A DNA stretch of 64,000 nt from Octopus sinensis (lineage: Eukaryota). Below, piece after piece: positions 1 through 11,766 of this stretch. The stretch is from assembly GCF_006345805.1 (NCBI RefSeq), contig NC_043013.1, forward strand, positions 13,888,001-13,952,000. Direction: 5' to 3'. The position numbers and the translations under genes were made by a program. Positions within the stretch are counted from its first letter, which is position 1; the number at the start of each line of letters is the position of its first letter. The notes under the pieces are model-generated. The model was not told the origin of the DNA. It saw nothing but the letters and a program-made list of their open reading frames with translations, and did no database searches.

Positions 1-378
1 CCCAGTTAGAATTTTCTTCAGGTTGAGTAGCCCATCCCGCTCAAAAGGTCCCTGAATAAGGGTTGTTTAAGGATGTTGAAAGAACCACCCATGTTTCCAG
101 AGGTGAATTATTCAAACCCCCAACAATACCTCTCAACACATGGCTATGATGCTCCCCCACTACTTCTGCTCGTGATCAGAGATGCACATATCGTCAGCCA
201 CTAAGGGACATGCTCAACTGGTTAAGGTCAAACAACTGACAAGCAAATCTGTGGTATTGAGCAGAATATTTGCTGTAGCTCATCTTTTATACCAAGACAA
301 AACAATGTACATGATAACACTTCCAATCAGTTAAGATCAGAAGCCATGAGAGCCACTGCCTGGTACTGCATCAGGGCA

Positions 379-431
<53 letters not shown>

Positions 432-458
432 TATCATTATTATTATTATTATCATTAT
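379..458. repeat. (CAT)n/(TAT)n microsatellite
   Basis: Seen directly; source of the poly-D ORF 337-528. Confidence 0.95.
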
Positions 459-460
459 TA

Positions 461-668
461 AAGTGGTGAGCTGGCAGGTTCATTAGCATGCTGGGTGAAA
501 TGCTTAGCAGTATGTTGTCTGTCTTCATATTCTGAGGTCAACTTTGCCTTTCATCCTTTTGGGGTCAATAAATTAAGTACCAGTACCAGTCTAATACCGG
601 GGTTGATGAAATCGACTATCCTCCTTCCCATAAATTTCAGGCTTTGTGCCTATAGTAGAAAGGATTAT
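461..668 (+). mobile_element. tRNA-derived SINE copy (family A)
   Basis: Core GAGGTCAACTTTGCCTTTCATCCTTTTGGGGTCAATAAATTAAGTACCAG recurs at ~1060, ~7835 and ~19670. Confidence 0.75.
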
Positions 669-1003
669 TATTATGGAAGGCACTGTGCAAAAAGAAATAA
701 TACTGCAGTGAATAAAATGGTGGTGCTATTTCAAAATTTGATTGAGGCCAGTAAACTCTATGACACTTTTTGGTATAAACATCACATAATCCATTTGTTT
801 TCCTCTAAGGGTGGTTTAGTATAATGATCCCTATCCTAAAGTGAATACCTTGTGGTATTTAATGTTCCTATTTCATATCATTCTGGTATCATCTTTGTTT
901 TTCCTTTTAATGGAGTCAATTCAATTGGCTGTCTCCTCTAATCAAAGATTGTGATAATCTAATAAATATATAGTTTATTATTAAAAGTAATGCATTGACT
1001 TAA

Positions 1004-1190
1004 AGAGGCAACCTGGCAGAATCGTTAGTATGCTTGGCAAAATACTTAGCAGCATTTCCACTGAGGTTGACTTTGTCTTTCTTCCTTTTGGGTTTATAAA
1101 ATAAGTACCAGTTGATCACTGAAGTTGATGTAATTGATTTATCTTCACCCCATGGAATTGCTGGCATTGTGCCAAAATTTGAAACCAATA
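1004..1190 (+). mobile_element. SINE copy (family A)
   Basis: Aligns by eye to 461-668 over head, core and tail. Confidence 0.7.
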
Positions 1191-1294
1191 TTAATGCAAT
1201 GACTTAGCAGAAATTGTAGAATGTGATCGTAATAACTAAGTCAAATATTTCTGAAGTTAATTTTCTAGATTTTTTCCTTTTTGTTTTGCTTCAG

Positions 1295-1335
1295 AGGAGT
1301 TCAGAAAATAGTCAAATTTGGAAAATATCAGAACA
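1295..1335 (+). CDS. Possible small upstream TRPM exon (GVQKIVKFGKYQN)
   Basis: Strong polypyrimidine tract ending TTCAG at 1294 and a GTGAAT donor at 1336; ends in phase 1, which fits the next exon. No conserved motif, so tentative. Confidence 0.3.
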
Positions 1336-1456
1336 GTGAATAAAACCTTAGTCTGATAACGACTATAACAATTTCCTTCAATTTTCTGGGGGTTTTTTTT
1401 TCTTAGCATCTGAACTAATTGCATCACATTTGTTACTTGTCTGCTTCTTATTTCAG

Positions 1457-1545
1457 TAAAATTTTGCTTTGAAACAAAATTGTTCCTATGGGCATTATTT
1501 TTGAACAGAAAAGAAATGGCTTCTCTATTTTGGAAAGAAGGCATG
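1457..1545 (+). CDS. TRPM: TRPM-family channel exon, MHR4 (KFCFETKLFLWALFLNRKEMASLFWKEGM)
   Basis: TTTCAG acceptor and GTAAGT donor; LFLWA-x-LNR-xEMA-xLFW matches the TRPM MHR4 motif. Family-level call only. Confidence 0.9.
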
Positions 1546-2398
1546 GTAAGTTACATTGTTCTAAGAGCTGCATAAATAACTTATTTTTCTAGACACAGGG
1601 CAAATATTTTCAGAGAATAAGTATAGTCACTTAACCATCCATGTGTGCCTTACTGATATTTAACTAATTAGGAGTAATGGTTCTTCAACACAAACTGTAA
1701 AGTAATAAAGCTAAAATATTGTAAAGCATTTAGCTTGGCACCTTACCATTCCTGCTACGTTGTTGCCCTAATTTTTTTCTTCTGAGGAATTACTGGATCA
1801 CAGTAGAGTATAAAATCTTAATTTACATATTTATTATTTTGAGAGAGCATCAAACTACATACTACTAAATCAAGGAAGCTTCTTCCTTTGGAAGATATTA
1901 TTGGAAAGATAGCTGAGATGTTGAAGTTAGTAAAGTACCTGATAGATACCTTACACTTCAAGCAGCTTCTTCTTTAGACAAAAGTTATTTCAAAGACAGC
2001 TGAGATCACCAAGAGAGTAGAACACCAAACTCAACAGTTTCTAGTCTATGTCATTCTTTAAGGAGAAAATACTGTAAGAGAAAATGGCCAAGTCAGTTGA
2101 CCACTGAATAACATATATTATAGTTTCTAGTTAAATCTTTGTCCATTCCAAGTTTGAAGTTCTACTTTGCATTCCATTTGACTAAGGTTGATAAAACAAA
2201 TATTTGTTATGTATCAGTTAAATGAAATTAAATATACACCTCTTCCTTCAACAAGAATTTGTACTTATCGAAGATCTAATTTCTTTATTGACTCTTGTGG
2301 TAGATTAGATCCTAATTTTTATTGTTAATACAACAAACATAATTATACAGAGTAACTAAGTTCATTTACAAACACTAATAAGTATGCATACATTATCT

Positions 2399-2400
2399 AA

Positions 2401-2438
<38 letters not shown>

Positions 2439-2490
2439 ACTACTACTACTGCTGCTGCTGCTACTACTACTACTACTACCACCACCACCA
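2399..2490. repeat. Compound (CTA)n/(CTG)n/(CCA)n microsatellite
   Basis: Seen directly. Confidence 0.95.
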
Positions 2491-3337
2491 TTTGAAGAGC
2501 TAAGGGTGGCAATTACTAAGCAGTATTAGATTAATTTTATGTAGGAGTGATTATTAGATATGAGACATCACTTGTCGTCTGTAAGCAGAACAATAATACA
2601 ATTGAGGTTTACTGAGATAATCATAACTCTTTTATGAGGTTGAAACATTGGACTGATACCTCATAAAATTCTTCAGTTTCAAAGGAGGAGTTAAACACAG
2701 CACTCCAAGATAACAACATACTTATTAAATTTACAGTACATCTACTTCTTACAAGTTATAACTCCACCATAGTACTTTTATTTAGATTCAGATTAAAGTT
2801 GACCCAGAGACAGTCAAGCCTTTGACCACAAAGTCTGTATAGTTCTTGTACTAACAACTTTTCAGCTGCTGAGCTGACATTTTATTGACTTAGTTATGTG
2901 CAGGTCTTCTATTGTTTAACTATTAATCCTTTTAAACTATATTACTAAAATCAAAAATTAGATGGCAGAAGATATTAATGTCATTTCACAACTAAAGTCA
3001 TATTGATCAAGGTTAAGTAAATTCACCAGGATTTTTTATATGAGCACAAGGCTATTCATTTGCAGTGGTATGGTATGGTATGACTTATGAAACTTTGGCA
3101 GAATTTGAAACTGAATACAACAAAGTGCTATTTCTAAAAATCATCTCTCTTAATACCAGTATTGGACAAATACGGAGCAAACCACATATAGTATAGAATG
3201 TTAAAAGTCATAATTAGACAATAAATAGTAAAATATTTTTTTATATTTTCTAGTGTCTCTTAATTTAATCTGTCTTATGTTTATTGTGATTAAATGTGTT
3301 CACATTTAGTATTTTGATACAATTGTCATTTTACTAG

Positions 3338-3438
3338 GGCGCTTTATCATCTGCTCTAATTGCGAATAATTTGCTCAAATCACTGAAAGGGAAGTGTAAA
3401 GAATATGGCACAAGTACGCAACTTCAAGAACAGGCTGA
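3338..3438 (+). CDS. TRPM: TRPM exon (GALSSALIANNLLKSLKGKCKEYGTSTQLQEQA)
   Basis: CTAG acceptor and GTGAGT donor; starts in phase 0 after the previous exon and ends in phase 2 (GA), completed by T of the next exon to give GAT. Confidence 0.88.
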
Positions 3439-3454
3439 GTGAGTATATATAAAT

Positions 3455-3531
3455 ATGTATGTATGTATGTATTCATGTATGCATGTATGTATGTATGTAA
3501 GTATGTATGTATGTATGTATGTATGTATGTA
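3455..3531. repeat. (ATGT)n microsatellite
   Basis: Seen directly; its last TA is the left mariner target-site duplication. Confidence 0.95.
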
Positions 3532-4822
3532 CGAGGGGCGTTCAATAAGTAATGCCCCTGACCCACTTCCCATAGCATTAGAGCAACGAAACTTGGCACA
3601 GTTATTAGTCTTGTTCTACATAGGAACCACCCAGAGTTACGCATTTCTCCCATCGTTTGATGCGGCTCTGGAGACCGTTTTTGTAGAAGAACCCAGCTTG
3701 GTCCTCCAACCTCAACGTGACTTCAGAAATCAAGGCTGCATCATCTGGGAAACGCTTTCCTTTCAAAAACAACTTCATGATTGGGAAGAGGTGAAAATCA
3801 GAGGGTGCAAGGTCAGGAAAGTAGGGGGGGTGGGGAGGAGTTCATAGCCATACGCCTGTGTTTCTGATCTGGCGACAAGCGAGTTGTGGACCGGAGCGTT
3901 GTCCTGCAGGAGGAGGATGCCTTTGCTGATCTTGCCCCGCCTCTTGATTTTGATAACTTCTCTTAATTTCCTCAAAAGTGAAGCATAATAGGCTCCTGCA
4001 ATTGTGGTATCCTTTGCCAGGAAATCTGTCATCACTACTCCGTCCTGGTCCCAGAAGACTGTGAGCATGACCTTGTCAGCGGAGGGCTGCACCCTTGCCT
4101 TCTTTGGAGGGGGAGAGTCATGGTACTTCCACTGCATTGACTGGGCTTTGGTCTCTGGATCATCGTGATGGACTCAGGTTTCATCCTGTGTAATCAGTCA
4201 TTTGAAAAATTTTGACTCATCTTCTTGGCACACCTCCAAATTCACCCTCGAGCACTCGACACGTTCTTGCTTCTGGAAAGGCGTGAGCAACCTGGGAATC
4301 CATCTGGAAGACACCTTTTGCATATGCAAATGGTCATGAATGATAGTTTCCACAGACTCGGTACTAATCTTGACCTCGTGGGCTATTTGGTGAATAATTA
4401 TGCGTCGATCTTCCAAAATGGCAGCCTCGAATTGACGGACAGATGCCTCATCAATGGCAGAAGGGGGCGACCAGATCTGGGAGCTGTTTCCACAGAATTC
4501 CGACCATGTTTGAATTCACGATGCCAGCGTTTTACAAGATCATATGAGGGGGCATCATCACCATAAGTCACTTTCATTTCATCAAAAGTCTCCCGTGGTG
4601 TGCGTCCTTTCAAATATAAAAAGCGGATCACTGCTCGACACTCAACAGGCTTCATTTCACACTTGACTCGGTTCAAACACCTGTAAATCAGAAACCACAA
4701 TTAATTCAGAGCTGTAATTTGCCACCTCCTCTATAGATATATAAATGATGGCACATGCAAAATTTCAGCTAGATCAAACAACTGCAAGTGGGTCAGAGGC
4801 ATTACTTATTGAACATCCCTCG
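3532..4822 (-). mobile_element. Full-length mariner (DD34D-type) transposon, frameshifted transposase
   Basis: ~37-bp TIRs (CGAGGGGCGTTCAATAAGTAATGCCCCTGACCCACTT, right copy with 3 mismatches), TA on both flanks, 1291 bp. Transposase from ATG 4655: MKPVECRAVIRF, WIPRLLT, MLTVFWDQDG, LLQDNAPVH, split over several frames. Confidence 0.95.
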
Positions 4823-4965
4823 TATATGCTATTTCATTTAAAGATGAAAAATTATTGTGGCAGCTTAGTATGTATTTAAGTCTTTCTCCAATCAATCAAT
4901 ATTGATGATAAATTGGTTGATAAATATTTAATTTGTGTCAATTACCTACTTTCTATTAATCTTAG

Positions 4966-5191
4966 TAATTATGAAAATCATGCCATTGGAATTTTGGATG
5001 AATGCTTGTATACAGATGAAAAACAGACATTAGATTTACTACTACTACAGCAGAAAATGTGGAACAATTCTTCAAATATGCAAATAGCATTTGATCTTAA
5101 CAATGAGAAATTTATGGCTCATGATGCCTGTCAGTCTGTTTTGACCAAAATTTGGATGAAACAAATAAATAAAACGAACAGCATTTGGAAG
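4966..5191 (+). CDS. TRPM: TRPM exon (NYENHAIGILDECLY...FMAHDACQSVLTKIWMKQINKTNSIWK)
   Basis: TTAG/GTAGGT boundaries, 1+225 nt; F-x-AH-xx-CQ-xx-L-xx-IW is the conserved TRPM pre-S1 motif. Confidence 0.92.
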
Positions 5192-5261
5192 GTAGGTAAT
5201 TAAAACTATCTTCTCATACATGATAAAGCTTACGTGTGTCATTTGTATATTATAACTTTGA

Positions 5262-6300
5262 TAACTTTGATAAGTTTTGGCCAATATAGGCCCAGGCCAT
5301 GTCTAACTTAATAGCACTAGTTGGTGAGGCCATTTAGTAATATATGGGGCACAATAGCCCACACTAGCAAAGAGTTATTATCTGAGTGTAGGAGGTTGGT
5401 CTGGGATTTTTGGAAGAAATTTGTCCAGTTGAGGTAAAGTAGTTGTGTCATAATGTTGTTATGTGTCCTAAGTTCGAGTTTTGTAGTGAGCAGCGAGCAT
5501 GGAGGCCAAGTTTTGGGTGGATATTAAAACTGATGTCTACATCATTTGGGAAATATTGATGAAATATTTTCCACATCACACAGATGATATAGCACTTCCG
5601 GTAGCATTGGAGAGAGTAGAGATTGAGTTAATAGTTAATGCCTGTCATACTGTCTGTCTTTCTTGTTATCGGCCTCTGGAGTGCTTCCACTTTCATAATG
5701 AGTTGCTTCATATGAGAAGTCCACAGTGGGCAACAGTATTCAAGGTGAGATTGGACAAAAGTAGAGTAGAGAAGGATGATGGTGTGGGCATCTCTAGACC
5801 AGAAAGTTCTCAGAATCCAAGAGCACATCTTGCAGGCCAAGTCAACCTTGCTGTTTACATGGGAACTTCAGCTTAGATTGTTATCAACAATTACTCCTAG
5901 GTCTCTGGTATTGCTGGATGACACTAGGGAGTCACCTGAAAGAAGGGCATATGGTAGTTTCATAGTATCTTCTTTTTCCAAAGTGGATCAAATTAAACTT
6001 ATCTTCATTTAGAAGCATATTGTTCTTTTCGACCTGTTAGACAACAGTAAACAGATTTGACTGAAGGCATGTTTGGTCTCCCATACCATTTATGGCCTTC
6101 TGGAGTTTGGAATCAACTGCAACGGTTTTTGATGTAGAATGTTTGATGACATCTGCTATGTCATTGATGTAGATAATGAAGAGGAGTGGGCCCAACACAG
6201 TACCTTGTGGGACACCACTACTGACTTTGGCTGAGCTTGATCAGATTCCCTCGAACACAACATGTTGGATTCTGTTCATCAGGAAATGCTTTACAGCAGC
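5262..6300 (-). mobile_element. 5'-truncated CR1/L2-like LINE, same family as 58913-62476
   Basis: RT C-terminal motifs (SHLEYCCPLW) on the minus strand; 3' end GGCCCAGGCCATGTCTAACTTAATAGCAC and short tandem tail shared with the 58.9-kb copy. Confidence 0.85.
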
Positions 6301-7660
6301 TTTCCACGGACTCCAGTATTGGACAGTTTCTTCAGCAGAATTTTTTTTACATGTATCATATATTTTTAATGTAAAATATTCTACACTTGGTATATATTCT
6401 TAGACAGTTGCATTATTGCTTGTATCATGTGTTACACACATTGAATAGTTTATATTTGTATATTATAGTTTTACATTTACCATACAGGCGACATGTATAT
6501 AGATTAGATGCAGCATACAGTTTATGTATTCATTAGTTTTCATATATTATACAGTTCACATATACCACATAACATACTTTTTTATGATTTCAGTTACATA
6601 TATACTTTAAATGTGTATAACTTATATGAATCATGTGGTATAGATGGTTGTGGACTCACGTAGTGAAACCATCTAATAACAACTCTGTTCAGAAAGCTGG
6701 AATAGATGTAATTCAAAGAAAGGAGACTGTACAACGAATATCCACAGAACTAAACTGTAGCTTTTAAATTTTTTAACTCCAGGTCACAAATATATACAAG
6801 TTGAATAAATCACAAAAGGTATCTACAAGTGAAAGGCCATGTTCAGCTTCTGTCTATCCGACATCATAACTGCTCAATGTCTATTAGCTGTTGCGTGCCT
6901 TATGCAAGAGCTAAAGAAGAACATGTCCTCACAAACTGCTGATTGCAATGACAAAGAGAAAGGATTAAGTGCCATAACCACTGAGTTACATACTGTGCCA
7001 CCTAGTGGTGGGCTATTTAGATAGCCACCATCATGAGAGGTAACTGCACCTACACCGGCTTTGCTGTTACACCCATTCCAAGCCACCTTCGGCTGGACCA
7101 CCGTGGTAAAGTGCTGTTCTTATATTGTTTTGAAATTTATGTATCATCTGATGAAGATGATTTTTCTTAGTTATGATGTAATGTACTCGTTAATCTATTA
7201 AAGAAATCCACTGGAAACAGCTGTAATGAAGTGACGTATATTCATCTTTATCTTATTCATTTATTTGCTCATAATACATCTTACTGGAATCCTGACCTGT
7301 TGGATATTCTGATGTATACCAAATTATGTATGACCATTACAATGTACACTTTTTGATTAGCCCATAGGTTATTAGAAGACTCATAATATTTAAATTCTCT
7401 GTAGACAGAACCTGAATTTTTCACTCAATGTATTTTGGTATCTATTCAAATAAAGGTGTTGTTTACAAGTTTAATTTTGACCCTACCTGGTGCATATCAT
7501 TTAAGTACTTGATTTCTTTGAATCCTTAACACACACACATATGTATTGGATACTTAACACTAACAGAAGTAAGGACTACTTCCTTTGTGCCTGAAATAGT
7601 TCATATGTATGACCATAACGTAATAACAGTTTCCTATTTTTTTCTTTATTCTTCTTTCAG

Positions 7661-7723
7661 TTGCTGCTCTGTATATTGTGTCCATTGTTTCTATTTCTGA
7701 TAAAGTTTGATTCCGAGGAACAG
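7661..7723 (+). CDS. TRPM: TRPM exon, pre-S1 helix (LLLCILCPLFLFLIKFDSEEQ)
   Basis: Long pyrimidine tract plus TTTCAG, GTAATA donor, 63 nt in phase 0/0; hydrophobic segment with the proline expected of the pre-S1 elbow. Confidence 0.85.
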
Positions 7724-7831
7724 GTAATATTTGTTACTTTATTACTGTCATAGCTTACCATTATCAATATTCTTAATATCATTGCTTATAATTACCAATA
7801 TCCTTAGATATATTATTATTATCATTATTAT

Positions 7832-7955
7832 TCCGAGGTCGACTTGGCCTTTCATCTTTTTGGGTTGATTAAATAAGTACCAGTTATGCACTGGAATCAA
7901 TCTAATTGATTTAATCCCCTCTCACGAGCTGCCCTTGTGGTAAAAATTTAAAATC
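7832..7955 (+). mobile_element. 5'-truncated SINE (family A)
   Basis: CCGAGGTCGACTTGGCCTTTCATC...AAGTACCAG core. Confidence 0.7.
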
Positions 7956-8009
7956 ATTAATATTATAATAATTATTGATTATGATTTGACTCAGATTCAT
8001 TCTTATTCC

Positions 8010-8500
8010 AGGTAGAACTTATGTGTGAAGCAGGCAAACTTTCTGTAGAAGCTCTCCAAGACAATCTTTTCCAATCTCCTTCAAACTTTACAATTTTCAT
8101 GCACCATTACAGTTTTCTTGCAATTTCATATTTCAAAGGATTGTATTTTTCCATCTGCTTTCTTTACAGTTCTTCATTTTTCTTTATCTAGTATTTTTAT
8201 ATTTTGTATCTGATCTTTTATGTTCCAGATTCTTGTTCATTTGAATAGAAAAATCCCATAGCATTTTGCATTTCTCTAACTCCAGCCCTCTTTTGGTAAT
8301 GCCAACTCCCTCCAGCTCAAATCCCCATTTCTGACAAAGCTTCCAGTGTCAAACTTTCACAACTTTGTCATGCCTCCATTTCTTATATTCTCCCTGTGCC
8401 AACTTGGGACATTATGCAGAATTGTGTGTCACTGTCTCATTCCATGTTCCACAGACTACATTTCCTGATACCTTCTCCCTATACACGTATTTTCTCATAT
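8010..8500 (-). mobile_element. Decayed R4/Dong-like (REL endonuclease) non-LTR fragment
   Basis: Minus-strand translation across frameshifts gives C-xx-C...ETV-x-H...CPKLAQGEYKKWRHDKV...HWKLCQKWG...KMLWDFSIQ...KYNPLKYEIAR, the CCHC knuckle plus REL region of R4-clade elements. Confidence 0.6.
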
Positions 8501-9549
8501 TGTTTGTTTTTATCTCTTGATCTTGACTTGCTATAATTAGGCTCACTGCTGCCATAGAATTATTTGATTACATAGCAGTATGAATGATATTGGTCTTATT
8601 ATCAAAATAGTCAACTATAATTCAGAGCAACAGGAAGTCTCTCTCTTAGTCTATATCTTTTAATTTAATAATTTATGTTCTCCATTGAACTAGTTGTCAC
8701 CTCTCACTTTCAATGTCTTCTTCATTATTTTAGTTGAACATAATGGTGAATCAGTCCATTAATCAAACAAACTTATTGTCAATGTTACAGCCATGACTGT
8801 ATTGTCTTATTCAGACAGTATATCTAGGACTACATTATCCAATGTGCCTGTTCTTATTTATGATGATCACGTGTGACTTGAGAAGGATTGCTTGCTATTT
8901 CTATCTGCTTGACTGGCTACAATTTCATTTTTAAAATAGTTCTTATATTTTGTGTGTCCTAATTGAAGTTGACAGAAGATTTGGAAGGAATTACCAGATG
9001 GTATGACTGCGAAAGTAACAGAAATAAAGCCAAAGATTCAGTACCAGAAATATGACGGAACTAATAATATTTAATGCCTGATGAGCCAAAGTGAAAGCCT
9101 TTTTGTGGCTGTTCATCCTGTCAAATGTAGCTGCCAAAACATTTTCAAAATTTTTAAATAGAGAGAAAAGGTTGTAAATCTCAAATTTTAAATGTAGCTG
9201 AAATTGAAATCAGTCTGTCATAAATCTCATATACCCATCATACTTCCAATCAGTTCACTATCTTAATCACTGTATAACTCAACCATCCTCTGCAGTTCTC
9301 ATTCTCTTCTGCATGCCACCTGGTTGGGGTTTTTTGTGTCTTATCTGTCTACTCTCAGATGTCCAAAGAATTTGTCATACACTCATTTTCTCCATTCCTT
9401 CCATGTTTCAAGTTTCATTTTCTAGAAGCAATATATGCAACTCTTTTGCAAGAGATTCACTGTAACAAGAACACTATTAGAATATTAATCTGAACTGGAT
9501 ATATCAATATAAAAACTGAACCTACTGTAAAATATTTCAGTTTGATCAC

Positions 9550-11766
9550 ATGGTGGTTGACACCTCTCACTTGCAACATTCTCTTTATATTCCAGTATTT
9601 AGAGATATGTTACTTGAAGCCTTTGACGAAGTGGAAGGGGGTATAGCTACACATGGGGTAGAAGACAACTGGACGTTTCTGAGGGACAACCTGCTGAAAG
9701 CTGCTGACCAGATCTGTGGCTGGTGCAAAGTCCCCTTAAGACCCAAAATAACGTGGTGGTGGAACATTATTGTTGACAGGGCTATTAGACAAAAGAAACA
9801 GGCTTGGAAGGCCTGGAAGAACGGTGGTAGCAGGGAAGTGTATCAGACTGCCAGAAGGGAAGCTAGGAGACAGGTCTATCTAGCCAGAGGGGAAGCAGAT
9901 AAAAGAAAATTTGCCAATGTCCTGCGCTGTGAGGATGAAAGACTTGACGTATTTCGTGTTGCAAGACAGTGTGTGAGAGAGAATCGTGATGTGGTAGGAG
10001 AGAAATGTGTTCGCATGGAGGATGGTTCACTTGCGCTAAATGAGGATGCAAAGAGAGAAGCTTGGAGACGCCACTATGAAAGGTTGCTGAATGAGGAAAA
10101 TGAATGGGATAAAGAGAGTCTGCCGAATGTTGACCCAACAGAGGGACCAGCTATCCGAGTTGATAGTTCCGTGGTAGCTAAGGCAATTAGAAGCATGAAG
10201 ACAGGGAAAGCCCCAGGCCCATCAGGAATTACTGCAGAGATGCACAAAATATCTGGTAGTGTCGGCTATAGCATAGTCACCCGTATAGTTAACCAGGTGA
10301 TACACGAAGGAGTCATACCCAATGACTGGTGTAGCAGCATAATAGTCAACTGCTACAAAGGTAAAGGTGACGCCCTAGATACAAATAACTACAGGGGCAT
10401 CAAGCTGCTGGATCAGGTAATGAAGGTTACGGAGAGGGTTATAGCCCAGTTAATTAGAGAGAGAGTTAGCTTAGATGATATGCAGTTTGGGTTCGTGCCA
10501 GGGAAAAGTACTACTGATGCTATATTCCTGGTAAGACAGCTGCAGGAGAAATACCTAGCCAAAGGTAAGCCCTTGTACCTGGCTTTTGTTGACTTAGAGA
10601 AAGCCTTTGACAGGGTCCCCCGATCCCTTATCTGGTGGTCAATGAGGAAACTAGGGATAGATGAATGGTTAGTGAGAGCTGTGCGAGCCATGTACAGAGA
10701 CGCAGCTAGTAAGGTGAGGGTTGGCAACGAGTACAGTGAAGAATTCTGGGTAGAGGTTGGGGTCCGCCAAGGTTCAGTCCTCAGCCCCCTCCTATTTATC
10801 ATAGTCCTCCAGGCAATAACGGAAGAATTTAAGACAGGATGCCCCTGGGAGCTCCTATATGCTGATGACCTTGCTCTAATTGCTGAGTCACTATCAGAAC
10901 TGGAGGAGAAGTTTCAGGTGTGGAAACAAGGATTAGAATCGAAGGGCCTTAGAATCAACCTAGCCAAAACCAAAGTCCTAATAAGTAGGAAGGTGGACCA
11001 ACCACAAACGACTTCAGGTAGATGGCCCTGCTCGATCTGTAGAAAAGGTGTAGGTAGAAATTCTATAAGATGCACCAAGTGTAAGCTATGGACACATAAG
11101 AGGTGCAGCAATGTCAAAAGTAGGCTAACTGGGAAGATAGTTTTCGTATGTGGCAGATGCTCAGGAGAAATAAACACTGGAAATGTGCAGAGACCAACTT
11201 CTACCACGTTCCAGGGAGACAAACTAGAAGTAATTGATAGCTTCCGCTACCTAGGAGACCAAGTTAGTAGCGGGGGTGGGTGTGCTGAAAGTGTAACTGC
11301 TAGAGTAAGAATAGCCTGGGCAAAGTTTAGAGAGCTCTTACCCCTGCTGGTGACAAAAGGCCTCTCGCTCAGAGTAAAAGGCAGACTTTATGTTGCATGT
11401 GTACATACAGCCATGCTACATGGTAGTGAAACATGGGCCGTGACTGCTGAGGATATGCGTAAGCTCGCAAGAAATGAAGCCAGTATGCTCCGATGGATGT
11501 GTAATGTCAGTGTTCATAATCGTCAGAGTGTAAGTACCTTGAGAGAAAAGTTGAACCTAAGAAGCGTCAGTTGTGGTGTGCAAGAGAGACGGCTGCGCTG
11601 GAATGGTCATATGACGAGAATGGCTGAAGATAGTTGTGTGCAAATGTGCTACACCCTAGCAGTTGAGGGAACCTGTGGAAGAGGTAGACCCAGGAAAACC
11701 TGGGACGAAGTGGTGAAGCACGACCTACGAACTTTATGTCTCACCAAGGAAATGACTAGAGACTGA
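9550..11766 (+). CDS. RTE reverse transcriptase (no endonuclease; PHD-like insert)
   Basis: GKAPGPSG, NYRGIKLL, FVDLEKAFDRV, GVRQGSVLSPLLF, YADD. Stops at a CGA>TGA-like codon; the frame continues to 11811. Confidence 0.9.
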   Translation: MVVDTSHLQHSLYIPVFRDMLLEAFDEVEGGIATHGVEDNWTFLRDNLLKAADQICGWCKVPLRPKITWWWNIIVDRAIRQKKQAWKAWKNGGSREVYQTARREARRQVYLARGEADKRKFANVLRCEDERLDVFRVARQCVRENRDVVGEKCVRMEDGSLALNEDAKREAWRRHYERLLNEENEWDKESLPNVDPTEGPAIRVDSSVVAKAIRSMKTGKAPGPSGITAEMHKISGSVGYSIVTRIVNQVIHEGVIPNDWCSSIIVNCYKGKGDALDTNNYRGIKLLDQVMKVTERVIAQLIRERVSLDDMQFGFVPGKSTTDAIFLVRQLQEKYLAKGKPLYLAFVDLEKAFDRVPRSLIWWSMRKLGIDEWLVRAVRAMYRDAASKVRVGNEYSEEFWVEVGVRQGSVLSPLLFIIVLQAITEEFKTGCPWELLYADDLALIAESLSELEEKFQVWKQGLESKGLRINLAKTKVLISRKVDQPQTTSGRWPCSICRKGVGRNSIRCTKCKLWTHKRCSNVKSRLTGKIVFVCGRCSGEINTGNVQRPTSTTFQGDKLEVIDSFRYLGDQVSSGGGCAESVTARVRIAWAKFRELLPLLVTKGLSLRVKGRLYVACVHTAMLHGSETWAVTAEDMRKLARNEASMLRWMCNVSVHNRQSVSTLREKLNLRSVSCGVQERRLRWNGHMTRMAEDSCVQMCYTLAVEGTCGRGRPRKTWDEVVKHDLRTLCLTKEMTRD

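Noticed and set aside
6783-6869. Alternative terminal TRPM exon (VTNIYKL...YPTS*) giving a soluble short isoform
   Set aside because: Only a plausible acceptor and an open phase-0 frame; no homology or clear polyadenylation support. Needs RNA-seq.
10413-10802. Antisense ORFs over LINE RT regions (also 56533-56959, 60514-61278, 61644-62021)
   Set aside because: Shadow ORFs that result from codon bias in the sense RT/EN frame.
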